A DNA stretch of 63,608 nt from a bacterium (GCA_029555085.1 JAKPTO010000030.1:1-63608); one strand, 5' to 3'. Shown: positions 43,843-53,955, counted from the stretch's first letter. Numbers and translations: made by a program. Notes: generated from the letters alone by a model not told the origin.

Positions 43843-44487
43843 ATGTTAAAGACAAAGATTTACAATTTAGAGGCAAAAGAAATTGGAGAATTGCAACTCG
43901 ATAAGAGGATTTTTGGAGTTAAAATAAATGAACCAGTTGTTCAACAAGTTGTAGAGGCTCATCTTGCAAATAGGCGTCAAGTTTTAGCACATACAAAACA
44001 AATTGGGGAAGTTCGTGGTGGTGGAAAAAAACCATGGAGACAAAAAGGAACAGGACGCGCAAGACATGGCTCTATCAGGTCACCACTATGGAAAGGTGGT
44101 TCTGTAACTTTCGGTCCTACAAAGGATAGAAATTTTGCGAAAAAAGTAAATCAGAAAATGAAACAAAAAGCATTATTTATGGTTTTATCAGACAAATTCA
44201 ATGAAAATAAATTAACAGTTTTAGAGGATTTTAATTTAACAACAAGAAAAACAAAAGATTTATTATCAGCAATTTCAAAATTCAATTTAAAAGATAAAAA
44301 AATTATAATTGGCATTGATAAAAAAGATTCAAACATGCAAGAAGCTTCAAAGAATTTAAAAACTGTTAAAGTTATGCCAATTGCAAGTTTTAATGTATAT
44401 TCATTATTAAATTTTGATAATTTGTTTTTGACAAAAAAAGCAGTAGAAGCAATTAGTAAACATTTTAATAAGATTAAATCAAGTTAA
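43843..44487 (+). CDS. rplD: 50S ribosomal protein L4
   Basis: GGGKKPWRQKGTGRARHGSIRSPLWKGGSVTFGP. Confidence 0.96.
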   Translation: MLKTKIYNLEAKEIGELQLDKRIFGVKINEPVVQQVVEAHLANRRQVLAHTKQIGEVRGGGKKPWRQKGTGRARHGSIRSPLWKGGSVTFGPTKDRNFAKKVNQKMKQKALFMVLSDKFNENKLTVLEDFNLTTRKTKDLLSAISKFNLKDKKIIIGIDKKDSNMQEASKNLKTVKVMPIASFNVYSLLNFDNLFLTKKAVEAISKHFNKIKSS

Positions 44488-44500
44488 TCTTGAAAATTAT

Positions 44501-45004
44501 ATGGGAATTTTTAGTAAAAAAAAGAAGAAGATTGATAAAAAAGAAGTTGTTAAACAAACAAAGGATTTGACTATTGATGAAATTTCAAAAGATAAATCAA
44601 AAAAAACAGATAAAAAAGAAAAAGTTAAAAAATCAGAAGATTTAACTATTGAAGAAATAAAACAAGAAAAGTCAAAGAAATTAGGAAAAGGCAAAAAAGT
44701 GGAATCTGGGAAGGATACAAAGGAATCATATAAAATTTTAGTAAGAGCACTTATTACAGAAAAAGCATCTTATTTAAAATCAGAAAATAAATATTTATTT
44801 GAAGTTACAAAAACTGCAACCAAAAATGAAATAAAAAAAGCAATTTTTCATGTTTATGGATGTTGGCCAGAGAGTATTAATATAATAAATATAGGTGGCA
44901 AGCGTGTAAGATATGGAAAGAATGCCGGAACAACAAAAGGAAAGAAAAAAGCAATAGTAACGCTTAAAAAAGGAGATAGTATAGAAATTTACGAAGGAGT
45001 TTAA
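44501..45004 (+). CDS. rplW: 50S ribosomal protein L23 with an approximately 70-aa Lys-rich, internally repeated N-terminal extension
   Basis: The core reads YKILVRALITEKAS...YLFEVTKTATKNEIKKAI. The extension contains the repeat K(D/E)LTI(D/E)EI(S/K)..KSKK twice. Confidence 0.93.
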   Translation: MGIFSKKKKKIDKKEVVKQTKDLTIDEISKDKSKKTDKKEKVKKSEDLTIEEIKQEKSKKLGKGKKVESGKDTKESYKILVRALITEKASYLKSENKYLFEVTKTATKNEIKKAIFHVYGCWPESINIINIGGKRVRYGKNAGTTKGKKKAIVTLKKGDSIEIYEGV

Positions 45005-45051
45005 TAATTTATTGATAGATTAATTACATAATAGGATAATTGAAAAATAGT

Positions 45052-45894
45052 ATGGCAATAAAATTATACAAACCTACTACACCGGGAAGAAGAAAGACAT
45101 CAGTTATTTCAAGTCCTTTAGTTTCCAAAAAAGCAAAATTGCCAAAAAATTTAGTTACAATAAGAAAAAAACATTCAGGAAGAAATAATCAGGGAAAAAT
45201 TACAGTAAGACACAAAGGCGGTGGTGAAAAAAGATACATAAGGATAGTTGATTTTAAAATGGATAAATATGATATTCCAGCAAAAATTGAAAGAATAGAG
45301 TATGATCCAAATAGAAATGCAAATATAGCGCTAGTTTGTTATAGAGATGGAGAAAGAAGATATGTTTTAGCGCATGAGGGGATAAAAATAGGCGAACATA
45401 TTGTATCATCAAAAACAAAACTAACAATATCAGAAGGAAATAGATTCCCATTGTCACTTATTCCAACAGGAATTTCAGTGTATAATGTAGAGTTAAAACC
45501 AGGGACTGGTGGTAAATTAGCAAGAAGCGCTGGAAGTAGTTTAACATTTATTGGAATAGATGGAGACAGAGCACAATTAAAATTACCATCAGGAGAAATG
45601 AGAATTGTTTCAAAGGATTGTTGTGCGACAATAGGAACTGTTTCAAATTCAGAATACAGAAATATAAGATGGGGTAAGGCAGGAAGAATGAGACATCGTG
45701 GAATAAAACCTGCGGTTCGTGGAAAGGTAATGAATCCATGTGATCACCCACACGGAGGTGGAGAAGGAAAACATCCTATTGGTATGAAACATCCAAAAAC
45801 ACTTTGGGGCAAACCAGCGCTAGGAGTTAAAACAAGAAAGAATAATAAATATAGTGATAAATTTATAATTGCAAGAAGAAAAAAAAGAAGATAA
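45052..45894 (+). CDS. rplB: 50S ribosomal protein L2
   Basis: MAIKLYKPTTPGRR...GGGEKR.YR..DF...HPHGGGEGK. The track ORF starts at TTG 45040; ATG 45052 matches the conserved L2 N-terminus. Confidence 0.97.
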   Translation: MAIKLYKPTTPGRRKTSVISSPLVSKKAKLPKNLVTIRKKHSGRNNQGKITVRHKGGGEKRYIRIVDFKMDKYDIPAKIERIEYDPNRNANIALVCYRDGERRYVLAHEGIKIGEHIVSSKTKLTISEGNRFPLSLIPTGISVYNVELKPGTGGKLARSAGSSLTFIGIDGDRAQLKLPSGEMRIVSKDCCATIGTVSNSEYRNIRWGKAGRMRHRGIKPAVRGKVMNPCDHPHGGGEGKHPIGMKHPKTLWGKPALGVKTRKNNKYSDKFIIARRKKRR

Positions 45895-45922
45895 ATAATT
45901 TAAACTAGATTTTAATAAAAAT

Positions 45923-46210
45923 ATGTCAAGAAGTTTAAAAAAATTACCATTTACATGTCCTAAGCTTTTGAATAAATTATCAAAGATTAAGCCAGGAGAT
46001 AAAACAACGATTATAAAGACATGGTCAAGGGCATCAACAATAACTCCCGAGATGGTCGGATATACTATTTATGTTCATAATGGCAAAGATCATTTACCAG
46101 TATTTGTTGTTGAAAATATGGTTGGACATAAATTAGGAGAATTTTCACCTACAAGAAAGTTTGTTTCTCATGGTGGTAAAATGGCGAAAGCCCAATCAAA
46201 GAAAAAATAA
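45923..46210 (+). CDS. rpsS: 30S ribosomal protein S19
   Basis: [10 protein letters not shown]...[47 protein letters not shown]. Confidence 0.97.
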   Translation: MSRSLKKLPFTCPKLLNKLSKIKPGDKTTIIKTWSRASTITPEMVGYTIYVHNGKDHLPVFVVENMVGHKLGEFSPTRKFVSHGGKMAKAQSKKK

Positions 46211-46228
46211 TTTTAAATTATTAATATT

Positions 46229-46759
46229 ATGCAGGTAACAGCAAAATTAAAAAGCTATCATGTGTCTCCAAGAAAAGTAAGACTTGTTGTTGATGTAATA
46301 AGAGGATTAGATGTTTTAGATGCAATAGCGCAGTTAGAGAATTTAAATAAAAGATCGTCAGGTGGGATTTTAAAGCTTTTGAATTCTGCAATTGCAAATG
46401 CCGTAAATAATTTTTCCTTAGAAAAAAATAATTTATATGTAAAAACAATTTTTGTAGATAAAGGGATGGTTTATAAAAGATGGATGCCAAAAGCACACGG
46501 TTCAGCTGGAAGAATTAGAAAAATAACAAGCCATGTTACAATTATCCTTGATGAAAGAATTCCAAGCGATTCAAAAAAGAAGATTAAAAAACAAAAAACC
46601 GAAACTAAAGAAGATATAGATATTATTGATATAAAAGATATTAAAAAAGAATCTGTGCAGAGCGTAAAACCAGTAAAAAAACAGAAATTGTCAGTAAATA
46701 AACCACAACAAAAATCTAAATCAATTAAAAATTTTATAAGGAAAGTAGGAGATAAATAA
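46229..46759 (+). CDS. rplV: 50S ribosomal protein L22 with an approximately 65-aa Lys-rich C-terminal tail
   Basis: The core reads AKLKSYHVSPRKVRLVVDVIRGLDVLDAIAQLE...GRIRKITSHVTIIL. The tail reads SDSKKKIKKQKTETKEDIDIIDIKDIKKES... Confidence 0.95.
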   Translation: MQVTAKLKSYHVSPRKVRLVVDVIRGLDVLDAIAQLENLNKRSSGGILKLLNSAIANAVNNFSLEKNNLYVKTIFVDKGMVYKRWMPKAHGSAGRIRKITSHVTIILDERIPSDSKKKIKKQKTETKEDIDIIDIKDIKKESVQSVKPVKKQKLSVNKPQQKSKSIKNFIRKVGDK

Positions 46760-46760
46760 A

Positions 46761-47588
46761 ATGGGACAGAAAGTAAATCCAATAATATTTAGAATGGGCA
46801 TGTCACAATCATGGAAATCCAAATGGTTTAGTGACAAACACTATATAGAGTATTTAAAGCAGGATGTTTTAGTTAGAAAATTTTTAAAAAACAAATTAAA
46901 AGATGCTGGTATTGATGAAATTGAAATAAAAAGATCCGCTGATGTTATAGAAATTGTGATTTATTCTTCAAGGCCAGGTGTTATTATTGGTCGCGGTGGT
47001 ACTGGCGTGGAGGATATTAAAAAAGAAATTATATCAAAGTATTTTAAAAATATAAAAAAGAATTTAAAGATAACCATAGAGGAAGTGAAACAACCAATGA
47101 CAAGTGCTGCAATTGTGTTGCAAGGTATGATTGATCAGATAGAAAAAAGATTGCCATATAGAAAAGTAATGAAAAAAACAATAGAAAAAGTTATGCAAGC
47201 GGGTAATATAGGTGTGAAAATTACAATGTCCGGAAGATTAAATGGTGTTGAGATTGCAAGAACAGAAACATTAAAAAATGGCAGATTACCACTTCACACA
47301 TTTCGTGCTAATATTGACTATTCAAGAGGAGCAGCACATACAACTTATGGAGCAATTGGAATTAAAATATGGATTTATAAAGCAGATGCAGTTACAGGTT
47401 CGGAAAATCAAGAATTAAAGCGTGAAAATAGACAAAGATTTAATAAATTTGATAATAAAAGGGGTTTTGATAAATCAGCAAAAAGACCACAGGTTTCCCC
47501 AAGAGATCGTGTTAGGGTGAGTGAGAAAAAGTCTGAAACTAAAAAGTCCCCAGCAAAGACAAATATAAAGACAAGTACAAAGAAATAA
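46761..47588 (+). CDS. rpsC: 30S ribosomal protein S3 with a basic C-terminal tail
   Basis: MGQKVNPIIFRMGMSQSWKSKWF..., plus the KH domain and S3_C (GRLNGVEIARTE). Confidence 0.97.
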   Translation: MGQKVNPIIFRMGMSQSWKSKWFSDKHYIEYLKQDVLVRKFLKNKLKDAGIDEIEIKRSADVIEIVIYSSRPGVIIGRGGTGVEDIKKEIISKYFKNIKKNLKITIEEVKQPMTSAAIVLQGMIDQIEKRLPYRKVMKKTIEKVMQAGNIGVKITMSGRLNGVEIARTETLKNGRLPLHTFRANIDYSRGAAHTTYGAIGIKIWIYKADAVTGSENQELKRENRQRFNKFDNKRGFDKSAKRPQVSPRDRVRVSEKKSETKKSPAKTNIKTSTKK

Positions 47589-47602
47589 TTTAAATTAAAG
47601 AT

Positions 47603-48010
47603 ATGTTAGCACCAAAAAAAGAAAAATATAAAAAATGGCAAAGAGGTGATCAGATTAGAGGTATTGCTACTTCAAATAATGAAGTAAGTTTTGGTAGTTT
47701 TGGATTAAAAACCAAGGAATCTGGATGGATAACATCAAGACAGATTGAATCAGCAAGACGCGCTATTGTTCATCATTTACAGAGAGGTGCTAAATATTGG
47801 ATTAGAATTTTTCCAAGCAAACCAATAACATCTAAAAGTGGAGAAATTCCAATGGGTAAAGGAAAAGGAGCAGTTGATCACTATGTGGCTGTTGTGAAAC
47901 CAGGAAATATATTGTTTGAAATAGAGGGAATAAAAGAGGAGTTAGCAAAAAGAGCATTACAGTTAGCAGCTCATAAATTACCAGTTAAATGTATTTTTGT
48001 AAAAAAATAA
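47603..48010 (+). CDS. rplP: 50S ribosomal protein L16
   Basis: [15 protein letters not shown]...[26 protein letters not shown]...[20 protein letters not shown]. Confidence 0.97.
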   Translation: MLAPKKEKYKKWQRGDQIRGIATSNNEVSFGSFGLKTKESGWITSRQIESARRAIVHHLQRGAKYWIRIFPSKPITSKSGEIPMGKGKGAVDHYVAVVKPGNILFEIEGIKEELAKRALQLAAHKLPVKCIFVKK

Positions 48011-48014
48011 CAAT

Positions 48015-48245
48015 ATGAAATTTAAAGAATTAAAAGAGAAAAAGATAAAAGATTTACACGAGCTTTTGAAAGAAAAAAGAGAACAATTTAGATCTTTAAG
48101 ATTTAGTATTTCTTCAGATCAAGAAAAAAATGTAAGAAAAATTAGATCAGTTAAAAAAGAAATAGCTCAAATTTTAACCTTATTAAATAGTAAAAATAAA
48201 ATAGAAAATAAAGATTCAGTTATAACAGAGGAAGAAGATAAATAA
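48015..48245 (+). CDS. rpmC: 50S ribosomal protein L29
   Basis: LKEKKIKDLHELLKEKREQFRSLRF...IRSVKKEIAQILT. It occupies the position between rplP and rpsQ. Confidence 0.92.
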   Translation: MKFKELKEKKIKDLHELLKEKREQFRSLRFSISSDQEKNVRKIRSVKKEIAQILTLLNSKNKIENKDSVITEEEDK

Positions 48246-48275
48246 CTTAATCGAGCTAAGCTCGGATAAATAAAT

Positions 48276-48545
48276 ATGACACAAGAAATTAAAAAAGAAG
48301 CAAGAAAAAAACAATTTAGGGAACTAAAGGGTGTGGTTATTAGTAATAAAATGAATAAAACCGTTACAGTCAAAGTTGATACAAGTAGACAACATAAAAT
48401 TTATAAAAAAAGATATGTTGTGAGTAATAAATATAAGGCGCATGATGAGTATAATCAATATAAGGTAGGTGACTATGTAGCAATAAGACAAGTTAAGCCA
48501 ATATCAAAGGATAAAAAATGGCAAGTAATTAGAAAAATAAAGTAA
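48276..48545 (+). CDS. rpsQ: 30S ribosomal protein S17
   Basis: [42 protein letters not shown]...[19 protein letters not shown]. Confidence 0.96.
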   Translation: MTQEIKKEARKKQFRELKGVVISNKMNKTVTVKVDTSRQHKIYKKRYVVSNKYKAHDEYNQYKVGDYVAIRQVKPISKDKKWQVIRKIK

Positions 48546-48550
48546 ATCGT

Positions 48551-48922
48551 ATGATACAAATGAATACAATGTTAACCGTAGCTGATAATACAGGGGCAAA
48601 AAAGGCCCAGTGCATTAAAGTACTTGGCGGGACAAGAAGAAGATATGCTAGAATTGGGGATATAATTGTTATTGTTGTTAAATCAGCTCAACCACATCAA
48701 ATGGTAAAAAAGAGTGATGTATTAAAAGCAGTTATTGTAAGACAACATAAAGAATTAAGAAGACCAAGTGGAGTTTATATAAGATTTGATGATAATGCGG
48801 TCGTGATTTTAGATAAGAATAATAAGGATCCAAAAGGAACAAGAATTTTTGGACCAGTAGCAAGAGAATTACGCGCGAAAGGATTTAATAAAATAATTTC
48901 ACTTGCGCCGGAAGTATTATAA
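48551..48922 (+). CDS. rplN: 50S ribosomal protein L14
   Basis: [27 protein letters not shown]...GDIIVIVVK...[11 protein letters not shown]. Confidence 0.97.
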   Translation: MIQMNTMLTVADNTGAKKAQCIKVLGGTRRRYARIGDIIVIVVKSAQPHQMVKKSDVLKAVIVRQHKELRRPSGVYIRFDDNAVVILDKNNKDPKGTRIFGPVARELRAKGFNKIISLAPEVL

Positions 48923-48995
48923 ATTGAGACGCGGGAACTAGTATTTAGAAGTCGCACATAATAACTTCTAAGCTCTAGGATCCGAATATAAATAT

Positions 48996-49307
48996 ATGAA
49001 AATTAAGAAAAATGATACAGTAAAGATATTAAAAGGAAAAGATAAGGGTAAAACAGGAAAAGTTACTCAGGTTTTTCCAAATGAAGAAAAAATAGTTATT
49101 GATGGAATAAATAAAAGATATAAAAATTTGAAATCAAGAAGACAGGGAGAAAAGGGACAAAGGATAGAATTTTTTGCTCCAATGAGTTATTCCAATGTTG
49201 CAATTATATGTAAAAAATGTGGGAGACCAACAAGAGTTGGATATAAATTTTCTGAAAATAAAGAAAAATATAGAATTTGTAGAAAATGTAAAGAGTCAAT
49301 TGATTAA
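48996..49307 (+). CDS. rplX: 50S ribosomal protein L24 carrying two CxxC pairs in its C-terminal part
   Basis: The N-terminus has the KOW motif (MKIKKNDTVKILKGKDKGKTGKV). The C-terminal part reads ICKKCGRPTRVGYKF..YRICRKCKESI. Confidence 0.95.
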   Translation: MKIKKNDTVKILKGKDKGKTGKVTQVFPNEEKIVIDGINKRYKNLKSRRQGEKGQRIEFFAPMSYSNVAIICKKCGRPTRVGYKFSENKEKYRICRKCKESID

Positions 49308-49325
49308 TAGTTTTAACAAAATATT

Positions 49326-49931
49326 ATGTCAACAATTAATATAAAAGAGAAATATCAAAAAGAAGTTTTAAAACAATTAAAACAAGATTTGAATTTGAAA
49401 AATGTTTTACAAACACCAAAATTAGAAAAAGTAACTTTAAATGTTGGTTTGGGTAAATCTTTATCAAATAAGGATTATATTAAAGTAGTAGAAGATACAT
49501 TGAGAAGAATTACAGGACAACATCCAATTTTGACAAAAGCGAAAAAGTCAATTTCATCATTTAAGATAAGAGAAGGAATGGTAGTGGGAGCAAAGGTTAC
49601 TTTACGAGGTAAGAGAATGTATGATTTTTTAGATAAATTAATTAATATAACATTTCCTAGGGTAAAAGATTTTAGAGGAATTGATGTATCCAAGGGAAAA
49701 CATTTTGATAAGCATGGTAATTTTTCATATGGTTTTAAAGAGCACATTTCTTTTCCAGAAATAAAAGCAGATGAAGTTGAAAATATTCACGGACTTGAAG
49801 TTACAATATCAACCACAGCAAAAAATCCATTCGAATGTTATCTTCTTTTAAAGTATTTGGGTTTTCCATTTGTAGTTGAAGAGAAAAATGAAGACGCTTT
49901 AAGAGAAAAATATTTATCTAAAAAGAATTAA
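49326..49931 (+). CDS. rplE: 50S ribosomal protein L5
   Basis: LKEKYQKEV...PKLEKVTLNVGLG...AKKSISSFKIREGMVVGAKVTLRG.RMYDFLDKLI...RDFRG. Confidence 0.97.
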   Translation: MSTINIKEKYQKEVLKQLKQDLNLKNVLQTPKLEKVTLNVGLGKSLSNKDYIKVVEDTLRRITGQHPILTKAKKSISSFKIREGMVVGAKVTLRGKRMYDFLDKLINITFPRVKDFRGIDVSKGKHFDKHGNFSYGFKEHISFPEIKADEVENIHGLEVTISTTAKNPFECYLLLKYLGFPFVVEEKNEDALREKYLSKKN

Positions 49932-49956
49932 TTCCAAAAAAGGAAAATAAAATATT

Positions 49957-50142
49957 ATGGCAACAAAATCACAGATAGCAAGATCACAAAAAAAACCAAA
50001 ATTTTCTACAAGAAAAAATAGAAGATGTTGGAGATGTGGAAGAATCAGAGCGTATATGAGAGATTTTGATTTATGTAGAATTTGTTTTAGAGAACTTGCA
50101 AGTAAAGGTGAGATGCCCGGAATTAAGAAATCAAGTTGGTAA
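49957..50142 (+). CDS. rpsZ: 30S ribosomal protein S14, type Z (zinc-binding, 61 aa)
   Basis: The motif is CWRCGR...CRICFRE, giving the two CxxC pairs typical of short S14. Confidence 0.95.
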   Translation: MATKSQIARSQKKPKFSTRKNRRCWRCGRIRAYMRDFDLCRICFRELASKGEMPGIKKSSW

Positions 50143-50177
50143 ATATAATTAATTAAATAAAATTTTATATCAATATT

Positions 50178-50573
50178 ATGATGACAGATCCAATAGCAGA
50201 CATGTTAACAAGAATAAGAAATGCTCAGGCCGTGAGGAAGGAAGATTTGGTTATGCCATTTTCAAAAATTAAATATGAAATTTTAAAACTACTCGCAAGA
50301 GAGGGTTATATTGAGTCAGTAGAAAAAATAGAAGAAAAATCTCACCCAGAATTACGCGTGCAATTAAAATATAAAGAAGATAAAAAGGCATACATAGAAC
50401 ATATTAAAAGAATTTCTAAACCAGGTCAGAGGATATATGTAAGTAAAGATAAATTGCCAAAAATTTTAAATGATTTTGGTGTTGCAATTTTATCAACATC
50501 GCAGGGTATAATGACTAACAAGAAAGCGCGTAGATTAAAAATCGGTGGTGAATTATTATTTGAAATTTGGTAA
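50178..50573 (+). CDS. rpsH: 30S ribosomal protein S8
   Basis: MTDPIADMLTRIRNAQ...GVAILSTSQGIMT...A.R..IGGELL. Confidence 0.97.
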   Translation: MMTDPIADMLTRIRNAQAVRKEDLVMPFSKIKYEILKLLAREGYIESVEKIEEKSHPELRVQLKYKEDKKAYIEHIKRISKPGQRIYVSKDKLPKILNDFGVAILSTSQGIMTNKKARRLKIGGELLFEIW

Positions 50574-50603
50574 AGATTTTTAAAATTTAAATTAATATAA
50601 TAT

Positions 50604-51149
50604 ATGTCAAGAATAGGAAAACAACCAGTAATAATACCAGAAGGCGTAACAGTTCAAATATCTGACGGTTCAATAAGTGTTTCTGGTAAAAAAGGAAAAC
50701 TCCAAGAGAATTTAGTTCCTGGTGTTAATGTTGTTATAGAGGAAAATAAAATAATAGTCAGTGTAAAAGATCCAGAAGATAAAAAGCAAAAAGCAAGATG
50801 GGGATTACAAAGAAGTTTAATTAATAATATGGTAAATGGAGTTACAAATGGATATGAAAAGAAATTAGAAGTCAATGGAGTTGGTTATAGAGTAGCATTG
50901 CAGGGCAAAAAATTAATTTTAAATGTTGGATTTTCACATCCTGTTGAGTATAATATTCCAGAAACAGTAGAGGCTGTTGTTGAAAAGAATACAATAACTC
51001 TTACAAGTTTTGATAAGCGTTTGTTGGGTCAAACAGCCGCTGAAATTAGAAGTATTAAAAAACCAGAACCATACAAAGGTAAAGGTATAAAATATAGCGA
51101 TGAAGTTATAAGGAGAAAGGCTGGTAAAGTAGCCGGTAAAGGAGCATAA
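50604..51149 (+). CDS. rplF: 50S ribosomal protein L6
   Basis: [17 protein letters not shown]...GVGYRV...[10 protein letters not shown]...[11 protein letters not shown]. Confidence 0.97.
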   Translation: MSRIGKQPVIIPEGVTVQISDGSISVSGKKGKLQENLVPGVNVVIEENKIIVSVKDPEDKKQKARWGLQRSLINNMVNGVTNGYEKKLEVNGVGYRVALQGKKLILNVGFSHPVEYNIPETVEAVVEKNTITLTSFDKRLLGQTAAEIRSIKKPEPYKGKGIKYSDEVIRRKAGKVAGKGA

Positions 51150-51154
51150 AATAT

Positions 51155-51508
51155 ATGGATAAGAATAAAAAAATTGATTTATTAAAATTAAAAAGACATA
51201 AAAGAGTAAGAGCAATTATTAAAGGTGATGCAAAAAGACCTCGCCTTAGTGTTCGTTTTAGTCTAAATCATTCATATATACAATTAATAGATGACGAAAA
51301 AGGTGTTACAATAGTAAGCGCAACTGATAAAGAATTAAAATCAAAAGGAAAAAATACAAAAATTGCTGAAGAATTAGGAAAATTAATTGCAGAAAAAGCA
51401 TTGGCTAAAAAAATTACAAAAGTAGTTTTTGACAGAGGATCGAAAAAATATCATGGAAAAGTAAAAGCATTAGCTGATTCAGCGCGTTCTAATGGTTTGG
51501 AATTTTAA
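51155..51508 (+). CDS. rplR: 50S ribosomal protein L18
   Basis: [11 protein letters not shown]...[20 protein letters not shown]...VFDRG...[16 protein letters not shown]. Confidence 0.96.
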   Translation: MDKNKKIDLLKLKRHKRVRAIIKGDAKRPRLSVRFSLNHSYIQLIDDEKGVTIVSATDKELKSKGKNTKIAEELGKLIAEKALAKKITKVVFDRGSKKYHGKVKALADSARSNGLEF

Positions 51509-51531
51509 TAAATTTTTAATAAAATATAAAT

Positions 51532-52095
51532 ATGCCTTATAAACAAAGAAAAGATAATAGCGAAGGATATTCAAAAAAAAGAGAGAAGCCAGAATTTGAG
51601 CAGCGTTTAGTTGATATTGCAAGAGTAAGCAGAACAACAACCGGGGGGAAAAGATTGAGATTTAGAGCATGTGTTGTTATTGGAGATGCAAATGGTAAAG
51701 TAGGATGGGGCCTTGCAAAAGGAGCTGATGTTGCTCTTGCCATTGAAAAGGCAGTTAATTACGCAAAGAAAAAAATGATTCATGTTGATGTAAGTAAAAA
51801 CACAATTGCACATGAAGTTTCATGCAAATTTAAATCAGCGAAAATATTTTTGAAACCAGCACAAGAAGGTCGTGGAATTATAGCCGGTGGCGTTGTTAGA
51901 GATATTTTGGAGCTTGCTGGATTTAAAGATGTTATTTCAAAAATGTACGGCACAAATAATAAAGTAACTAATGTTATTGCGGTTTTTAAAGCGCTATCTC
52001 AATTAAAAACAAGATCAGAAGAATTACCAGAGGAAAACAAGGAAGAAGTAAAGTCGGATGATTCTGCTACGGCTAGTGAATCAGAAAATAAATAA
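51532..52095 (+). CDS. rpsE: 30S ribosomal protein S5 with an acidic C-terminal tail
   Basis: VDIARVSRTTTGGKRLRFRACVVIGDANGKVGWGLAKGADV..AI.KA...GRGIIAGG.VR. Confidence 0.97.
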   Translation: MPYKQRKDNSEGYSKKREKPEFEQRLVDIARVSRTTTGGKRLRFRACVVIGDANGKVGWGLAKGADVALAIEKAVNYAKKKMIHVDVSKNTIAHEVSCKFKSAKIFLKPAQEGRGIIAGGVVRDILELAGFKDVISKMYGTNNKVTNVIAVFKALSQLKTRSEELPEENKEEVKSDDSATASESENK

Positions 52096-52119
52096 AATAA
52101 TCATAAATTAATAAATTAT

Positions 52120-52617
52120 ATGTTAAGTCTAAATAATTTAAAAATTCAAAAAGGTTCTAAAAAAAAGACACAGAGAAGAGGAAGAGGAAACGCCTCAGGA
52201 AGGGGTAATTATTCTGGTCGTGGAATAAAAGGACAAAAATCAAGAAGTGGTGGTAAATCAGGACTAAAAAAAATGGGTATGAGAAATATGATATTGCAAA
52301 CGCCTAAATTACGCGGATTTAACAGAAGTAGTAAAATAATTCATATAGTAAATATTGGCAATATAGAAAAATTGTTTAAAGAAGGGGATAGAATAACACC
52401 AAAAGATTTATTTAAAAAAGGTTTAATAAAATCAAGCTCAGGCACTGTTAAAATTTTAGGAAATGGAAAACTTACAAAGAAATTTTCAATATCAGCGCAT
52501 CAATTTTCTAAATCAGCAAAAGAATCAATAGAGAAAGTTGGTGGCGTTGCTACGATTTATACAAAGAAAGAAAATCCAAAATTAAAAAAGAGCAATAAAA
52601 AAGAAGTAGAAAAATAA
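52120..52617 (+). CDS. rplO: 50S ribosomal protein L15 (follows rpsE directly; no rpmD/L30 gene)
   Basis: L.NLK..KGSKKK..RRGRGNASGRGNYSGRGIKGQKSRSG. Only 24 nt separate it from the rpsE stop. Confidence 0.96.
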   Translation: MLSLNNLKIQKGSKKKTQRRGRGNASGRGNYSGRGIKGQKSRSGGKSGLKKMGMRNMILQTPKLRGFNRSSKIIHIVNIGNIEKLFKEGDRITPKDLFKKGLIKSSSGTVKILGNGKLTKKFSISAHQFSKSAKESIEKVGGVATIYTKKENPKLKKSNKKEVEK

Positions 52618-52647
52618 TTTTTATTCAATTTATCTCAACAAATTAAC

Positions 52648-53931
52648 ATGTTTCTAGACAGATTAAAACAAATTTATAAAATAAAGGACCTAAGAAATTC
52701 CATTTTTTTCGTTCTATTTATGCTTTTTATATGTAGAATTATAGTACATGTTCCTATTCCAGGTGTTAATGTTTATGGTTTAAAAAGTTATTTTCAGTCA
52801 AATCAACTTTTAGGATTGTTAAATATGTTTTCAGGCGGAGGATTGAAAAATTTTTCAATAGGAATGTTGGGAGTTGGTCCATATATTACAGCTTCAATTA
52901 TAATACAACTTTTAGCTATGATTATTCCATCACTTGAAGCAATAATGAAAGAAGGAGAATCTGGACAGCAAAAGATGAATCAATACACAAAATATTTAAC
53001 TATTCCATTAACTATAATTCAGGCATATAGTTTTATTACCCTTTTACAAAAACAATCAAATTACACTATAATTGGTCGCTTAAGCATAATGCAATACATA
53101 TCAGCAATGGTCACAATTACTGCGGGAACAATGTTGTTGGTTTGGATAGGGGATTTAATAACTGAAAAAAAGATAGGAAACGGAATATCTCTTTTGATTT
53201 TCGCTGGGATAGTTTCTGGTTGGCTTGGTTCTGTCCAGAACTTAGTGGTTACTTACGATCCTTCAAAAATTTTCGGAATAATTTTGTTTTTAGCGATATC
53301 TCTTTTAACAATAGTTGTTGTTGTTGTAATAAATGAAGCTCAGCGCAATGTTCCAGTTTCATATGCAAGAAGAGTTAGAGGGAATAAAATGTATGGAGGA
53401 GTAAATACTCATTTACCGCTAAAAGTTAATCAAGCGGGCGTTATTCCAATTATATTTGCAGTATCAATTGTTATTTTTCCTCCAATGATAGCTAAATTTT
53501 TTGTAGCTAGTGGAAATCGTGTAGTTGTGAGTATTGCAAATTTTATTATTAATCTTTTCCAGAATCAGGTGTTTTATGGAATATCATATTTTGTTCTTGT
53601 GGTTGCTTTTACATATTTTTATACAGCGATTATATTTCATCCAGATCAAATTGCCGATAATTTACAAAAAAATGGTGGATTTATTCCGGGTATTAGGCCA
53701 GGTAAAACAACAGCAGAATATTTACAGAAAATAGTAGTAAGGATTAATTTTGCTGGCGCATTGTTTTTGGGAATTATAGCTGTGCTTCCAGTTATTATGC
53801 AAAAATTAACATCAGGCATTGGTTCTATGGTAGTTGGCGGAACAAGTATTTTAATTGTTGTATCTGTTGTAATTGAAACAGTGAAGGCCATTAATTCTCA
53901 ACTTACAATGAGAAATTACGAGGAATTATAA
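52648..53931 (+). CDS. secY: Preprotein translocase subunit SecY
   Basis: 427 aa with 10 TM topology. Motifs include GVGPYITASIIIQLL and GGFIPGIRPGKTTAEYL. Confidence 0.97.
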   Translation: MFLDRLKQIYKIKDLRNSIFFVLFMLFICRIIVHVPIPGVNVYGLKSYFQSNQLLGLLNMFSGGGLKNFSIGMLGVGPYITASIIIQLLAMIIPSLEAIMKEGESGQQKMNQYTKYLTIPLTIIQAYSFITLLQKQSNYTIIGRLSIMQYISAMVTITAGTMLLVWIGDLITEKKIGNGISLLIFAGIVSGWLGSVQNLVVTYDPSKIFGIILFLAISLLTIVVVVVINEAQRNVPVSYARRVRGNKMYGGVNTHLPLKVNQAGVIPIIFAVSIVIFPPMIAKFFVASGNRVVVSIANFIINLFQNQVFYGISYFVLVVAFTYFYTAIIFHPDQIADNLQKNGGFIPGIRPGKTTAEYLQKIVVRINFAGALFLGIIAVLPVIMQKLTSGIGSMVVGGTSILIVVSVVIETVKAINSQLTMRNYEEL

Positions 53932-53955
53932 TTATAGTTTGGCATTTTAAATTTT

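Noticed and set aside
43576-44694. Leu-rich minus-strand ORFs 43576-43824 and 44497-44694
   Set aside because: They are antisense images of the E/K-rich ribosomal-protein tails: GAA/AAG repeats read as TTC/CTT on the other strand. They are not independent genes.
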